DNA from: an uncultured Phycisphaerales bacterium
GTDB taxonomy: Bacteria; Planctomycetota; Phycisphaerae; Tepidisphaerales; Tepidisphaeraceae
Length of the DNA stretch: 64,000 bases
Assembly: GCA_963844715.1 (NCBI GenBank)
Contig: CAWJPJ010000004.1
Span: 32,001-96,000 of the forward strand
Direction: 5' to 3'
Shown: one piece after another, positions 44,682 through 53,910 of the stretch
Layout: the number at the start of each line of letters is the position of its first letter
Position numbering within the stretch: the stretch's first letter is position 1
Position numbers and translations under genes: made by a program
Notes under the pieces: generated by a model
What the model saw: only the letters and a program-made list of their open reading frames with translations
Told to the model about the DNA's origin: nothing
The model's database searches: none

Positions 44682-45626
44682 TTATTTTTTAATCAGTTGA
44701 TCTCTGTAGAACTCGATCATTTTTTTTAGGCCTTCTTTGCGGGGGATGACTGGCGACCAGCCTAGGATTTGTTTGGCTCGGGTGATATCCGGGCAGCGGA
44801 CGCGGGGGTCGTCGGGGGGCATGGGGTGGAAGGTGATTTGGCTTTTACTCGTCGGGATCAGTTCCAGGATATCCTTGGCGATTTGGAGGATGGTTAGCTC
44901 GTCGGGGTTGCCTAGGTTGATGGGTTCGCAGAAGTCGCTTTCCATCGTTAGGTTGATTCCGCGGACGAGGTCGCTGACGTAACAGAGGCTGCGGGTCTGG
45001 GTCCCTTCACCGAAAACGGTTAACGGCTCGTTGTTCAGAGCCTGGCGAATGAAACTGATGACGACTCGGCCGTCGTATGGATCCATGCGCGGGCCGTAGG
45101 TGTTGAAGATGCGGATGATGCGGGTGTCGACTTTTCGCTCGCGGCTGTAGGCCATGGTGCAGGCTTCGCTGAAGCGTTTGGCTTCGTCGTACATGCTGCG
45201 GAGGCCGATGGGATTGACGTTGCCCCAATAATCTTCGCGCTGGGGATGGACGGCGGGGTCGCCGTAGCATTCGCTGGTGCTGGCCATGAGGAAGCGGGCG
45301 TTTTTCGTCTGGCACAGTTCGAGGAGATTCCAGGTGCCCTGGCTGTTGACCTTCATGGTGGCGATTTGGTGTTTGGCGTAGCCGATGGGGCTGGCGGGGG
45401 AGGCCATGTGATAGGCGCGATCTACGGGGCCGTCGAGTTTGAGGGGTTGGATGACGTCGGCTTCTATGAAGGTGTACTTGGGATTTTTGCCGCGCAGGTG
45501 GGCGATGTTTTGGGGTTTGCCGGTGATGAAATTATCTACGCCGACGATTTCATTGCCCTGTGCGAGCAGGAGGTCGGTTAAGTGTGAGCCTAGAAACCCG
45601 GCGGCGCCGGAGATCAGAATTCGCAT
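44682..45626 (-). CDS. UDP-glucuronate decarboxylase-like NAD-dependent epimerase/dehydratase
   Basis: GAAGFLG, HMASPASP, ASTSECYGDP, YDEAKR and RIFNTYGPRM. Confidence 0.93.
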   Translation of the reverse strand: MRILISGAAGFLGSHLTDLLLAQGNEIVGVDNFITGKPQNIAHLRGKNPKYTFIEADVIQPLKLDGPVDRAYHMASPASPIGYAKHQIATMKVNSQGTWNLLELCQTKNARFLMASTSECYGDPAVHPQREDYWGNVNPIGLRSMYDEAKRFSEACTMAYSRERKVDTRIIRIFNTYGPRMDPYDGRVVISFIRQALNNEPLTVFGEGTQTRSLCYVSDLVRGINLTMESDFCEPINLGNPDELTILQIAKDILELIPTSKSQITFHPMPPDDPRVRCPDITRAKQILGWSPVIPRKEGLKKMIEFYRDQLIKK

Positions 45627-45665
45627 TATCGGGCTTTCCTCGTGGGAACCGGTATAGGGTTCATA

Positions 45666-46336
45666 TCGGGGCAATTTCAATGGGTCTTTTGTTAAATCAT
45701 AGCCGGTTTGGCGATACGACCCCCACCCTACCCTCCCCCTGAGTACATGGGGAGGGGATTATTTCGGGGGGCGATGTCAGTTGGTCTTTTGCAGAATCAT
45801 AGCCGCTTCGGCGATCCGACCCCCTCCCTTGCCCTCCCCCTGAGTACATGGGGAGGGAAGCAGAGGGATTGCCGCTCTCCCCTACCCTCATCGTGCCGAA
45901 ACTAGCGGAACGGGAGAGGGGATTAGTTCGGGAGGCGATGTCAGTCGGTCTTTTGCAGAATCATAGCCGGTTTGGCGATCCGACCCCCTCCCTTGCCCTC
46001 ATCGTGCCGAAACCAGCGGAACGGGAGGGGGGATTAGTTCGGGGGGCGATGTCAGTCGGTCATTTCCAAAATCATAGCCGGTTTGGCGATCCGACCCCCT
46101 CCCTTGCCCTCCCCCTGAGTACATGGGGAGGGGATTAGTTCGGGAGGCGATGTCAGTCGGTCTTTTGCAGAATCATAGCCGGTTTGGCGATCCGACCCCC
46201 TCCCTTACCCTCATCGTGCCGAAACCAGCGGAACGGGAGGGGACCAGAGGGGATTCCGCTCTCCCTTACCCTCATCGTGCCGGAACTAGCGGCAGAGGAC
46301 AGGGAGGCTCTCCCCATGAGTACATGGGGAGAGGGG
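45666..46336. repeat. Composite tandem array of REP-like hairpins (five ~60-bp core units plus two hairpin variants)
   Basis: Core GGCGATGTCAGTCGGTCTTTTGCAGAATCATAGCCGGTTTGGCGATCCGACCCC at ~45666, 45764, 45928, 46039 and 46140, followed by CCCTCCCCCTGAGTACATGGGGAGGG or CCCTCATCGTGCCGAAACCAGCGGAACGGGAG. Confidence 0.9.
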
Positions 46337-46345
46337 ACGAGAATT

Positions 46346-47099
46346 TTAGTTGGAAAAACGGAAACGGATGATGGTCAGGATGGCCTTGATTCCGTCTTTC
46401 CAGGTGATCTTTTTACCTTCTTCGTAGCTGCGGCCATAATAGGCGACTCCGACTTCGTAGATTCTGAGCCTTGCGGCGCATTTTAGCGATCTTGGCGGTG
46501 ATTTCGGGTTCGAATCCGAAGCGTCCGCATTTGATTTCGATTCGATCCAGGACCGTTTTGCGGAAAACCTTGTAGCACACCTCCATGTCGGTCAGGTTGA
46601 GGTTGGTGAACATGTTGCTGAAGGAGGTTAGGAATTGGTTGCCTAGGGTGTGCCAGTAATAGAGGACTCGGTGGGGCTCGCCGATGAAGCGGCTGCCGTA
46701 GACTACGTCGGCTTTGTCATCGACGATTGGGCGGAGGAGTTTGGGGTAGTCCTGGGGGTCGTATTCTAGGTCGGCGTCCTGGATGAGGACGATGTCGCCG
46801 GTGGCGTGCTTGAAGCCGTCGCGGAGGGCGGCGCCTTTTCCTTCGTTGATCTGTTTGTGGAAGACGCGGATGTCGCGGCCGGGGTAGACGGTGGGGAGCT
46901 GGTCGAGCTTGGCGCCGGTGCCGTCCTTGGAGCAGTCGTTGACGCAGATCACTTCCATGGTGACGCCGGGCGGGACGGGGGCGGCGAGGACCAAGCCGAT
47001 CAATTGATGGATGGTTTGCTCCTCGTTGTAGACGGGGATGACGACCGACAGTTTGATCGGTTTGGGAGTGGCGGCGGTCGTCGAGAACTCGCTTGTCAT
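46346..47099 (-). CDS. Glycosyltransferase family 2; frameshift near 46475
   Basis: [34 protein letters not shown] and [10 protein letters not shown]; the alternate frame ends [17 protein letters not shown]...SN*. Confidence 0.9.
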
Positions 47100-47212
47100 G
47101 ATCCGAGCCGGCGGCGGCCGACGCGGGGGAATCGTACAGGGTGGCGGGAAAAACTCAAAGGGAACGAAGGGGGGCTTCGTGAGAGGAGGTGGGCGGGTGG
47201 GGAGGGGGGGAA

Positions 47213-47300
47213 AGTGTGAAGAGTGTGAAAGTGTGAAGAGTGCGAAAGTGTGAAGAGTGTGAAGAGTGTGAAGAGTGTGAAGGGTGGGGAGCGTGTGAAG
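47213..47300 (+). repeat. AGTGTGAA(G) tandem repeat
   Basis: About eight 8-9-bp units; same core as 42301..42462. Confidence 0.85.
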
Positions 47301-47503
47301 GGGGTGAGTGCGGAGAGAGCGGGTGATCGGGTGGGTTTTGAGGGGGTGCGGTTTGTGGGGGAGGGGGCGCGGTGCTGCGCACGCGCCGCTAAATAGTTGG
47401 GGGATCGTGGCTGACTAGTGGGGGGATCGTCGCTAAATAGTTCGGGGATCTTGGGTGGATGGTGGGGGATTTTAGTTGATGGAGGTGCGAATCTTCATTG
47501 TTC

Positions 47504-47532
47504 TTGACACAATTTTACAACGGTCATAGGGT
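47504..47532 (+). promoter_or_regulatory. Putative sigma70 promoter
   Basis: TTGACA-17 bp-TAGGGT upstream of 47573. Confidence 0.45.
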
Positions 47533-47572
47533 AGGTCTGAGACTTTCCTCCTCCTGCGCCGGGAGTTTGTCC

Positions 47573-47965
47573 ATGTCCGTCCGAATGGAACTTAGCAAGA
47601 TCATTATCAGTGAAATGGCGGAGTCCCAGATCATTTACCTCAAAGAGGTAGACGGGGAGAGGACGTTTCCGATCGTCATCGGGAGCAACGAGGCCCTGGC
47701 GATCGATCGGCGGCTGAAGGGGATTCCGACGCAGCGCCCGCTGACGCATGATCTGCTGGCCAGCGTGATCGAGCAGATGGGGGGCAGCGTCGAGCGGATC
47801 GAGATCAACGATCTGGCGGACCATACGTTTTTTGCGATCATCCACATCCGGCAGGATGGGCATGTGTTGGAGATCGACAGCCGGCCTAGTGATGCGATCG
47901 CGCTGGGGATTGCGTCGACGGTGCCGATTTATGTGGCGGAGCACGTTTTGAAGGCGGTTTGCTAG
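47573..47965 (+). CDS. Bifunctional nuclease family protein (DUF151)
   Basis: RTFPIVIGSNEALAI, RPLTHDL and DSRPSDAIAL. Confidence 0.9.
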   Translation: MSVRMELSKIIISEMAESQIIYLKEVDGERTFPIVIGSNEALAIDRRLKGIPTQRPLTHDLLASVIEQMGGSVERIEINDLADHTFFAIIHIRQDGHVLEIDSRPSDAIALGIASTVPIYVAEHVLKAVC

Positions 47966-48024
47966 CACCTGGCTGACGGGTGGGTAAAATAGATTTGGGG
48001 CGTTGGGAACGGACAGGAGATTCA

Positions 48025-48363
48025 ATGCAGATGATCGAGGCGGTGATTAAGCCGCATAAAATTGACGCCGTGAAGCAAGCGCTGGCGAAGCTGGGGATTC
48101 TTGGCGTGACGGCGGTGGAATGCAAAGGGTTCGGGCGGCAGATGGGACATACGGAGCGCTATCGAGGGGCGAAGATGGATGTGGGATTTGTGCCGAAGGT
48201 TTTGCTGAAGTTGTGCGTGAAATCGGAGGATGTGGAGAAGGCGGCGGGGGCGATTGTCGAGGCGGCGCGATCGGGGGAGGTGGGGGATGGGAAGATATTC
48301 ATTTATCCGGTGTCACAAGTGATTCGAATTCGGACGGGGGAGACGAACGAGCAGGCGCTTTAA
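48025..48363 (+). CDS. glnB: PII nitrogen regulatory protein
   Basis: IEAVIKPHK, GFGRQ.GHTE.YRG, GEVGDGKIF and RIRTGE; AGGAG RBS. Confidence 0.92.
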   Translation: MQMIEAVIKPHKIDAVKQALAKLGILGVTAVECKGFGRQMGHTERYRGAKMDVGFVPKVLLKLCVKSEDVEKAAGAIVEAARSGEVGDGKIFIYPVSQVIRIRTGETNEQAL

Positions 48364-48385
48364 CCCGGGCGGAGTGGAGTAGGCG

Positions 48386-49027
48386 ATGCGAGGCGGAAAT
48401 GGAAAAGAGCCTCGGGAGACCTCGGCGGTCAGCCGGCGGGGATTTCTTAAGGGAGTCGGCGCGGTTGGCGTTGGGGCGGTGTTGGCGGATCGGGGGATTG
48501 TTCGGGGGGCGGATCAGGCTGCGACTCAACCGGATCAATCCAAAATAATCAGTGGGAATGTTGAGATTGTTTTGAATCTCAATGGGCGGGATCGCAAAGT
48601 TGTGGTGGAACCGCGGACGACTTTGTTGAATGCGTTGCGGAATAATCTTGATCCGCCGTTGACGGGGCCTAAGTTGGTTTGCGACATGGGGACTTGCGGG
48701 GGGTGTACGGTGCTGATGGATGACAAGCCGGTTTATGGGTGTTTGGTTTTGGCGATCGAGGCAGTGGGGAAGAGGATCACTACGGTCGAGGGGATCGGGA
48801 CGCCGGAGGATTTGAGTCCGGTGCAGGCGGCGTTTGGGGAGCATGATGCGATGATGTGCGGGTATTGCACGGATGGGTTCGTGACTTCCATCACGGGATT
48901 GCTGAAAGCTAATCCACATCCTACGGATGAGCAGGTTCGCGAGGCTTGCAAGGGGAATTTCTGTCGATGCGGGACGTATGCGCGGATTTTTCAGGCGGCT
49001 CTTGAGGCGGCGAAGGCTCGGGTTTGA
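48386..49027 (+). CDS. Xanthine/aldehyde oxidoreductase 2Fe-2S subunit with Tat signal (PaoA/YagT-like)
   Basis: SRRGFLK, CDMGTCGGC...C, CGYC and CRC. Confidence 0.92.
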   Translation: MRGGNGKEPRETSAVSRRGFLKGVGAVGVGAVLADRGIVRGADQAATQPDQSKIISGNVEIVLNLNGRDRKVVVEPRTTLLNALRNNLDPPLTGPKLVCDMGTCGGCTVLMDDKPVYGCLVLAIEAVGKRITTVEGIGTPEDLSPVQAAFGEHDAMMCGYCTDGFVTSITGLLKANPHPTDEQVREACKGNFCRCGTYARIFQAALEAAKARV

Positions 49028-49043
49028 GGCGGAGTGTTAGATC

Positions 49044-51197
49044 ATGGCAGAGGACACGACACAGCCGGCGACACTTGCCTGGGGGCCGAATGATAAACAT
49101 CGTCTGCTGAATACGCGGTTGCCGCGGGTGGATTTTCCGTTCAAGACTACGGGGGCGGCGAAATATTCATATGACGTAAAAGTTCCGGGGATGCTTTATG
49201 GGCGGATTTTGTGTTCGACTGTTTCCAAGGGGAAAGTGACGGCGCTGGATTTAACGCCGGCGATGAAAATCCCGGGTGTGAAGGCGGCGGTGGCGCGGGT
49301 GAATGTGGGCGGGTTGGTGCGGTTCGAGGGGGATCCGATCGCGGCGGTGGCGGCGGTTACGCCGGAGATTGCCGAGGATGCGATGCTGGCGATTCAGCTT
49401 ACGCTGGAGCCGGAGCCGTTTGTGGTGACGGCGGAAGATGCCATTAAAGAGGGGGCGCCGGCGGTTTATCCGAACGACGAACGCGTGCAGAACAATACGC
49501 GGTTGCAGAACGCGAGGGGGAGTCTGGATAAGGTCGCGGCGGCAATTCAAGCGGCGGACGTTACGCTGGACGCGGAATATCGCACGCCGATTTTGCATCA
49601 TTGTTGCCTGGAGACGCACGCGGTGGTTGTTGATTATCGCGGCGGGGAGACGGCGACGGTTTACTGCTCGACGCAAGGGACGTTTTCGATTCCGGGCGAT
49701 GCGGCGCGCACGCTGAATCTTGACGACAGTGATGTGGTGGGGATTGTGCAATATATGGGGGGCGGGTTTGGGTCTAAGGGCGGCATCGGCGTCGAGGGGC
49801 AACTTGCGTGCAAGCTGTCGCTGCAAGCGGGGGCGCCGGTGAAGATGGCTTTGCCGCGGCGGGACGAATTTTTGATGGCGGGGAACGGGCCGGGGAGCTG
49901 GCAGAAATTCAGCGCGGGGGCGAGTAAGGACGGGAAGCTGCTGGCGATGCAGATCGAGCAATATGCGCTGGGGGGGATTGGGCGCGGGAGTCTGACGGGG
50001 CAGCCTTACGTGTATCACGTTGATGAGGTTTACCGAAAGGCTGGATCGATCCATACGAATGAGGACGCCTCGCGGCCGCTGCGTGCGCCGGGGCATCCGC
50101 CGGCGTGTTTTGCTATGGAATCGTTCATGGATGAGCTGGCGTACAAGATCGGGATCGACCCGGTTGAGTTTCGGATCAACAATCTTCCTGCGGACGATCC
50201 GCACATTCGGCAGCTTCGGCGCGGGGCGAAGGAAATTGGGTGGGAACGGCGCAACGCGACGGCGGGGGCGACGGCTGGAGTGCTCAAGCGCGGGTTTGGG
50301 TGCGGGTGCGGGATTTGGGGCGGAGGGGGGCGGCCGCAGTGCGTGGTTGAAATTCATGTTGCGCGCGGCGGGGCGGTGACGGTTTCGTGCGGGTCGCAGG
50401 ATTTGGGGACGGGGACGCGGACTTATATGGTCGCCATCGCGGCGGAGGAATTGGGGCTGGAGATGGGCGATGTGCACGAGAAGATCGGGGATACGCGGTT
50501 GACGGATGCGAATTTTTCGGGCGGGTCATCGACGGCGCCGTCGCTTTCACCGGCGGTGAAAGACGCGGCGGTGAACGCGAAGGGGGCGATCGCGGCGATT
50601 GTCGCGCCGCTGCTCGGCGCGGGGCCGGAAGATTTGGTTTTTAGTGATCGGAAAATTTCCGCGAACGGGAAGTCACTGGAATGGTCGCAGGCTTGCGCGG
50701 CGCTGCCGGCGGCGGGGATTTCGGTGCGCGGGACGTTTCGGGCGGGGTTGTCGAGCGTGGGCACGCACGGGGCGGCGTTTGCGGAGGTGGAAGTCGATAC
50801 CGAGACGGGGCATGTTCGCGTGGTGCGGATTTTGGACGTGCAGGATTGCGGACTCCCGCTGAATCGGCTGGCGGTGGAGAGCCAGATCAATGGGGGGATG
50901 GTGCAGGGGATCGGGATGGCGCTGCTGGAAGGGCGGGTGATGGATTCCAATTTGGGCGTGATGGTGAATTCGAGTTTCATGGATTACAAGATCGCGGGTT
51001 GTTTGGAGGTGCCGGAGGAGATGCTTCCGCTGATTGACGACGACGATCCGCGGCAGATGGTGGTTGGAGTGGGGGAGCCGCCTTCGATTCCGCCGGCGGC
51101 GGCGATCGCCAACGCGATATTCAACGCATGCGGGGTGCGGGTGCGGCAGTTGCCAATCACGCCGGACAAAATCATCATGGGTTTGAGCAACGCATGA
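49044..51197 (+). CDS. Xanthine/aldehyde oxidoreductase molybdopterin subunit (PaoC/YagR-like)
   Basis: TGAAKY, GGGFGSK, RAPG, QDLGTG, QINGGMVQGIG and GVGEP. Confidence 0.92.
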   Translation: MAEDTTQPATLAWGPNDKHRLLNTRLPRVDFPFKTTGAAKYSYDVKVPGMLYGRILCSTVSKGKVTALDLTPAMKIPGVKAAVARVNVGGLVRFEGDPIAAVAAVTPEIAEDAMLAIQLTLEPEPFVVTAEDAIKEGAPAVYPNDERVQNNTRLQNARGSLDKVAAAIQAADVTLDAEYRTPILHHCCLETHAVVVDYRGGETATVYCSTQGTFSIPGDAARTLNLDDSDVVGIVQYMGGGFGSKGGIGVEGQLACKLSLQAGAPVKMALPRRDEFLMAGNGPGSWQKFSAGASKDGKLLAMQIEQYALGGIGRGSLTGQPYVYHVDEVYRKAGSIHTNEDASRPLRAPGHPPACFAMESFMDELAYKIGIDPVEFRINNLPADDPHIRQLRRGAKEIGWERRNATAGATAGVLKRGFGCGCGIWGGGGRPQCVVEIHVARGGAVTVSCGSQDLGTGTRTYMVAIAAEELGLEMGDVHEKIGDTRLTDANFSGGSSTAPSLSPAVKDAAVNAKGAIAAIVAPLLGAGPEDLVFSDRKISANGKSLEWSQACAALPAAGISVRGTFRAGLSSVGTHGAAFAEVEVDTETGHVRVVRILDVQDCGLPLNRLAVESQINGGMVQGIGMALLEGRVMDSNLGVMVNSSFMDYKIAGCLEVPEEMLPLIDDDDPRQMVVGVGEPPSIPPAAAIANAIFNACGVRVRQLPITPDKIIMGLSNA

Positions 51198-52195
51198 AAG
51201 CATTCGAGTGGGCAAATCCCGAGAGCGTTGAGGAGGCGGTCGAACTCCTTGCGGAGATCAAGGCGGAGGATGTCAACGACGGGCCACGGCCGATTTCGGG
51301 GGGGCAGGACCTTTTGACGACGATGAAGGAGCGGATTCTTGTCCCGAAGCGGGTGGTGAATCTGAAGACGATTTCGGGGCTGGATGGGATTGAATACGAT
51401 CCGGCGAAGGGGTTGAAAATCGGGGCGCTGGCGAAGCTTTGCGAAATTGAATCGCATGCGGACATTGTCAAGAATTATCCGGGGTTGGCGGAGGCGGCGC
51501 ATTCGATCGCGACGGTTCAATTGCGCAACATGGGGACGATTGGGGGGAATCTTTGCCAGCGGCCGCGGTGTTGGTATTTCAGGCTTCCGTATGTTGTTTG
51601 TCTGAAGAAGGGGGGCGACACGTGCTATTCGGAGCATGGGGAGAATAAGTACAACGCGATCCTGGGCGGGGGGCCTTCGTTTATCGTGCATCCGTCGGAT
51701 CTGGCGACGATGCTTACGGCGCTGGATGCGGTGGTCTCGGTCTCGGGACCGAAGGGGTCGCGCGAGGTTCCGATTGGGAAATTTTTCATTCTGCCTACGG
51801 AGGATGCGTCTCGGGAAAATGTTTTGGACGATGCGGAGATTGTGACAGGGGTTCAGATTCCGGCCTCGGCGTTTGCGGGCAGATCGACGTATCTGAAATT
51901 CAAGGAGCGGCTTTCGCTGGATTTTGCGATGGGTGCGGCGGCGGCGGCGGTTGAGCTTGCGCCGGATGGGACGGTTAAGCAGGCTCGCCTGGTGCTGGGA
52001 GCGGTGGCGCCGATTCCGTGGAGGGTGCCTCTGGCCGAGGCGGCGCTGGTTGGGAAATCTCTTAACGACGATTCGATTCGGGCGGCGGCGGAACTGGCGG
52101 TCCAGGGCGCCAAACCGCTGCAACACAATGCTTATAAAATCCTGCTGTCCAAGGCGTTGGTGCGGCGGGCGCTGGGGAGTTTGAAGACTGCCTGA
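51194..52195 (+). CDS. Xanthine/aldehyde oxidoreductase FAD subunit with 4Fe-4S insert (PaoB/YagS-like)
   Basis: GGQDL, QLRNMGTIGGNLCQRPRCWYFR...CLKKGGDTC, HPSD and GAVAPIPWR. Confidence 0.92.
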   Translation: MKAFEWANPESVEEAVELLAEIKAEDVNDGPRPISGGQDLLTTMKERILVPKRVVNLKTISGLDGIEYDPAKGLKIGALAKLCEIESHADIVKNYPGLAEAAHSIATVQLRNMGTIGGNLCQRPRCWYFRLPYVVCLKKGGDTCYSEHGENKYNAILGGGPSFIVHPSDLATMLTALDAVVSVSGPKGSREVPIGKFFILPTEDASRENVLDDAEIVTGVQIPASAFAGRSTYLKFKERLSLDFAMGAAAAAVELAPDGTVKQARLVLGAVAPIPWRVPLAEAALVGKSLNDDSIRAAAELAVQGAKPLQHNAYKILLSKALVRRALGSLKTA

Positions 52196-52207
52196 TGGAG
52201 CGATGCT

Positions 52208-52447
52208 ATGAGTGAGACGACTGCTCTCCATGTCATTCAGACGCCGTTTTGCGGGGATTTGCGCTCGAAGAAGTTCTTTTTATTGGATCGGATTGCGACG
52301 TCGGCGGAGGAATATCTGGACGCCAGCGAGCATTGTTGGTGCTATCATACTCAGCAGGTGGTGGGACCGGATGGGGAGATTGTTATGCCGGAGCGGTGCG
52401 TGCCGGGGCGAGGGTGCTATCGGTCGGCGCTGGATCGGAGGAAGTGA
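52208..52447 (+). CDS. Small Cys-rich hypothetical protein
   Basis: C..LRSK, CWC..T...GPDG and C...R.CY pattern; GGAG RBS; 12 bp after the FAD subunit stop. Confidence 0.65.
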   Translation: MSETTALHVIQTPFCGDLRSKKFFLLDRIATSAEEYLDASEHCWCYHTQQVVGPDGEIVMPERCVPGRGCYRSALDRRK

Positions 52448-52469
52448 TCGCGGTTGAATTTCAGTATGC

Positions 52470-52840
52470 GCTACTAAAGTCTTCGCGGGTTGCGGGTAAG
52501 ACCCCCACCCTAGCCCTCCCCCCGGGTACGGGGAGAGGGGAGAAGAGTGCGCGAGGCTTCGTTAAAATCTTTGCGGTTTTGGGGTAAGACCCCCACCCTA
52601 GCCCTCCCCCCGGGTACGGGGAGAGGGGAGAAGAGTGCGCGAGGCTTCGTTAAAATCTTTGCGGTTTGGGGATAAGACCCCCACCCTAACCCTCCCCCCG
52701 AGTACAGGGAGAGGGAAAAAAAAGTGCGCGATGCTTTGCTAAAATCTTTGCGGTTTGGGGGTAAGACCCCCACCCTTCGTGCCGAAACTGGCGGAAGGGG
52801 ACAGGGAGTGCTCCCCCCGAGTACGGGGAGAGGGGAAAAA
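52470..52840. repeat. REP-like hairpin tandem array (~89-bp period, four copies)
   Basis: TAAGACCCCCACCCTAGCCCTCCCCCCGGGTACGGGGAGAGGGGA plus near-identical linkers; the fourth copy carries a CGTGCCGAAACTGGCGGAA insert. Confidence 0.9.
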
Positions 52841-52891
52841 CAGTGGACGACCGTTGGACCTCGGCAAAGTAATTTCATTAGTGAGGCGATC

Positions 52892-53552
52892 ATGAACCTG
52901 ACACTCGTTTTAACGATTGCGTGCAGTCTGCTGGGGTCTTCGCCGATTTCGATTCGGTCCTCGACAACTGTGCGGGGCGATTATGTCGAAGGCGCGCACG
53001 GCCAGTGTCTTTGCTGGGCCTTGTCACTTCAACGGGGAAGTGATGACCACCGGGGGGGACGCGATTCTGGCTTGGCATGTGACATCGGGGACTTGGGGTG
53101 GGGTTGATCTTGCGGGGGTTCGGGCGATGGCGGCGGTGAGTTGTGAATCGAATCTTGCGGATGCGACGGCGGGGCGGCGGTCGGAAATTGTGATCGATAG
53201 CTCGGCTAGCAAGGCGCAATCCGCGGCGATGGTTTCGATGCTGCGATTTCGGATGGGCGAGGAATTGGGCGAGATCGGCAGCGTTCGTGCGGGGCGGATC
53301 GCGTTTGTTCATTACGGCCGGCAGTATCGCGTCAGCGCCGGCGGGTTTGGTGCGATGGACGTTCAGGGGATGCCTAACGATGAGTGCTGCAAGCAGCCGA
53401 ATTTGGTTTGGTATTCGCCGCTGATGCATCTGGATTGGCGGAAAGTTGGGTATACGACTACGGCCGAGTATTCGGCCGGGACGCTGACTGATCCGTGGGA
53501 GCGGGCTGACGAGAATGACGCGTTTTACGGAACGTTCTCGATCGCTCGCTGA
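52892..53552 (+). CDS. Secreted DUF1326-like protein; frameshift near 52990
   Basis: Signal peptide, VRGDYVE joining ARTASVFAGPCHFNGE, AILAWHV..G...GVDLAG and VWYSPL. Confidence 0.65.
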
Positions 53553-53910
53553 ATCCGGGTGGGGACCCGGTCTATTTCGTTGCCGGGGCTTTCGTCCAAT
53601 AAAAGATCGAATCTATTGAACCTGCCTGGGGGGCGCGGAGTTTTGGGCGGCTCATTTCCGGGCTGAATCGTTGGGAGGCGGCCGGTTCCATCCGATGAAT
53701 AATTTGATGTCCATGTCAACTCCATTTTACGGGTGGAGTGATGATGTGACACGAATCGTATTTGAATCGCGCGCCTGCTCCCTCCGGTCGCGCCGAAACT
53801 GGCTGAAAAGGATAGTGCGTGTTCCCCCGGATTACCTTTGGAGGGGGAAAAGGGCGCGTGGATATCAAATCGGGTCCGTGTGACACGGGAATTGGGACGC
53901 CGCAAATGGC

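Larger units (their letters stand above)
41847..44682. mobile_element. Repeat-rich 2.8-kb block bounded by 20-bp inverted heptamer repeats (putative non-autonomous element or insertion hotspot)
   Basis: AGTTGCCAGTTGCCAGTTGC (41847-41866) and its exact reverse complement GCAACTGGCAACTGGCAACT (44663-44682); no transposase or target duplication seen. Confidence 0.4.

Noticed and set aside
45666..46336. Possible CRISPR array
   Set aside because: Intervening segments are near-identical rather than unique spacers, the period is irregular (~100-165 bp) and no cas genes are present.
52470..52840. Possible CRISPR array
   Set aside because: Linkers are copies of each other and the hairpin is REP-like.
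53553..53910. c-di-GMP riboswitch upstream of the GGDEF/EAL gene
   Set aside because: No recognisable GEMM-I/II consensus by eye; an Rfam scan would be needed.
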